Source of the DNA: Octopus vulgaris
Taxonomy: Eukaryota
DNA length: 64,000 nt
Reading direction: 5' to 3'
Assembly: GCA_951406725.2 (NCBI GenBank)
Contig: OX597819.1
Location: 53,878,001-53,942,000, forward strand
Part shown: positions 63,049-64,000 of the stretch, piece by piece
How the letters are laid out: each line of letters begins with the position of its first letter
How positions within the stretch are numbered: the first letter of the stretch is position 1
Made by a program: the position numbers and the translations under genes
The notes under the pieces: model-generated
Seen by the model: the letters and a program-made list of their open reading frames with translations, nothing else
Told to the model about the DNA's origin: nothing
Databases searched by the model: none

Positions 63049-63699
63049 CTGAAATAGAAAAGTAATATTTAATTGAAATACACAAGGGCTAGTGGTGACA
63101 AGAAGATGATTGAATCTTACAAAGTATTTCTGAGATTATAAACCACTGGAATATTTGACAAATCACTTTAATTCTAATCCTTTTATGCTTTTATTTTTAA
63201 ATTTAACTTTATAAAATTTGTCAGTAAGAAGATTGCTTCCTAACCATATTCAATCTTACTGCACAACAACTTAGGCAAGTGTCTTCTCATATAACCTGGG
63301 GGCCAACCAAAGCCTTATGAGTGAATTTGGTATGGAACCTGAATAAAGCCTATCGTATATGTATCTATATACGAGCACGTGTGTACCTTTGTCTTGACAT
63401 CATGTGATGATTATAAATGGGCATTACTGCCATACAAGCGATGTTGTTTAATTTTCAGTCTTCCATGAAAAAGATGCCTGGCCGTGAAGAAATATTACCT
63501 AGCTTGGACACAGGTAAGGGATGGTGATAGAAAGGGTATCTGGCTATAGAAAACTTGCCACAACAAATTCCATCTGACCCATGCAAGCATGGTGGAGTGA
63601 TTGTCAAAAATGAACAGAACTTATAAATAATTTCTAGCATTCTAGTTGTAGCTTCAATTTACTGTATGTTACATATTTCAGTCATACAATTTGGACATT

Positions 63700-64000
63700 T
63701 ATAATGATAATGATAATAATGAAATTATTGTATACAGTGCTCAGGTGCACCACAACTTGTCAAAAAGTGAGCATAAAGTATATGCAGTAATGTACAAATG
63801 TCTGGAAAGCGAACAGTGTATGAGTCAGATACATGCTTGTGTGTATATGGAGGGGAGAAAATCAGGTGTAGTGTTGGCGAATCTCAGGAAGCATGGAAGT
63901 TTTGAAGGATGCAGTGCTCCGACAACTAACAACTGATGCCGGCAGTCAGTTCCATACTTCAGCAACTCTTAGCATGAAAAAGTGTTTCCAAAAGTCATAG
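63700..64000 (-). mobile_element. 3' end of a CR1/L2-group LINE, continuing off the window
   Basis: The - strand reads KHFFMLRVAEVWN*LPASVVSCRSTASFK, then a short 3' UTR and an (ATT)-type tail at ~63702-63722. Confidence 0.7.

Overview
This is eukaryotic genomic DNA: AT-rich, dense in microsatellites and SINEs, with a repeat profile typical of a coleoid cephalopod (Octopus-like; inferred, not proven). Two host genes converge tail to tail. On the + strand, the last coding exon of FoxJ1 (40053-40862) starts mid-forkhead domain. I could not find the upstream forkhead exon, so positions 1-40052 are probably one intron of at least 40 kb. On the - strand, nine GT-AG exons with consistent phases encode the C-terminal ~512 aa of WBP11 (63048->52196); its 5' exons lie beyond the window. 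The rest is decayed mobile DNA: three mariners, hAT and piggyBac-like MITEs, R4/Dong, RTE and CR1-like LINE relics, and at least four SINE families, several with target-site duplications (TSDs). The most notable observations are a 550-bp TSD-flanked retroelement whose 5' end coincides with a decayed HDV-like ribozyme fold, a cluster of Penelope-type minimal hammerhead motifs and fold-back palindromes in the presumed FoxJ1 intron, a ~410-bp near-perfect hairpin, a two-donor templated insertion, and an RTE LINE with twin-priming-type 5' inversion. Most short ORFs in the track are microsatellite or SINE artefacts.
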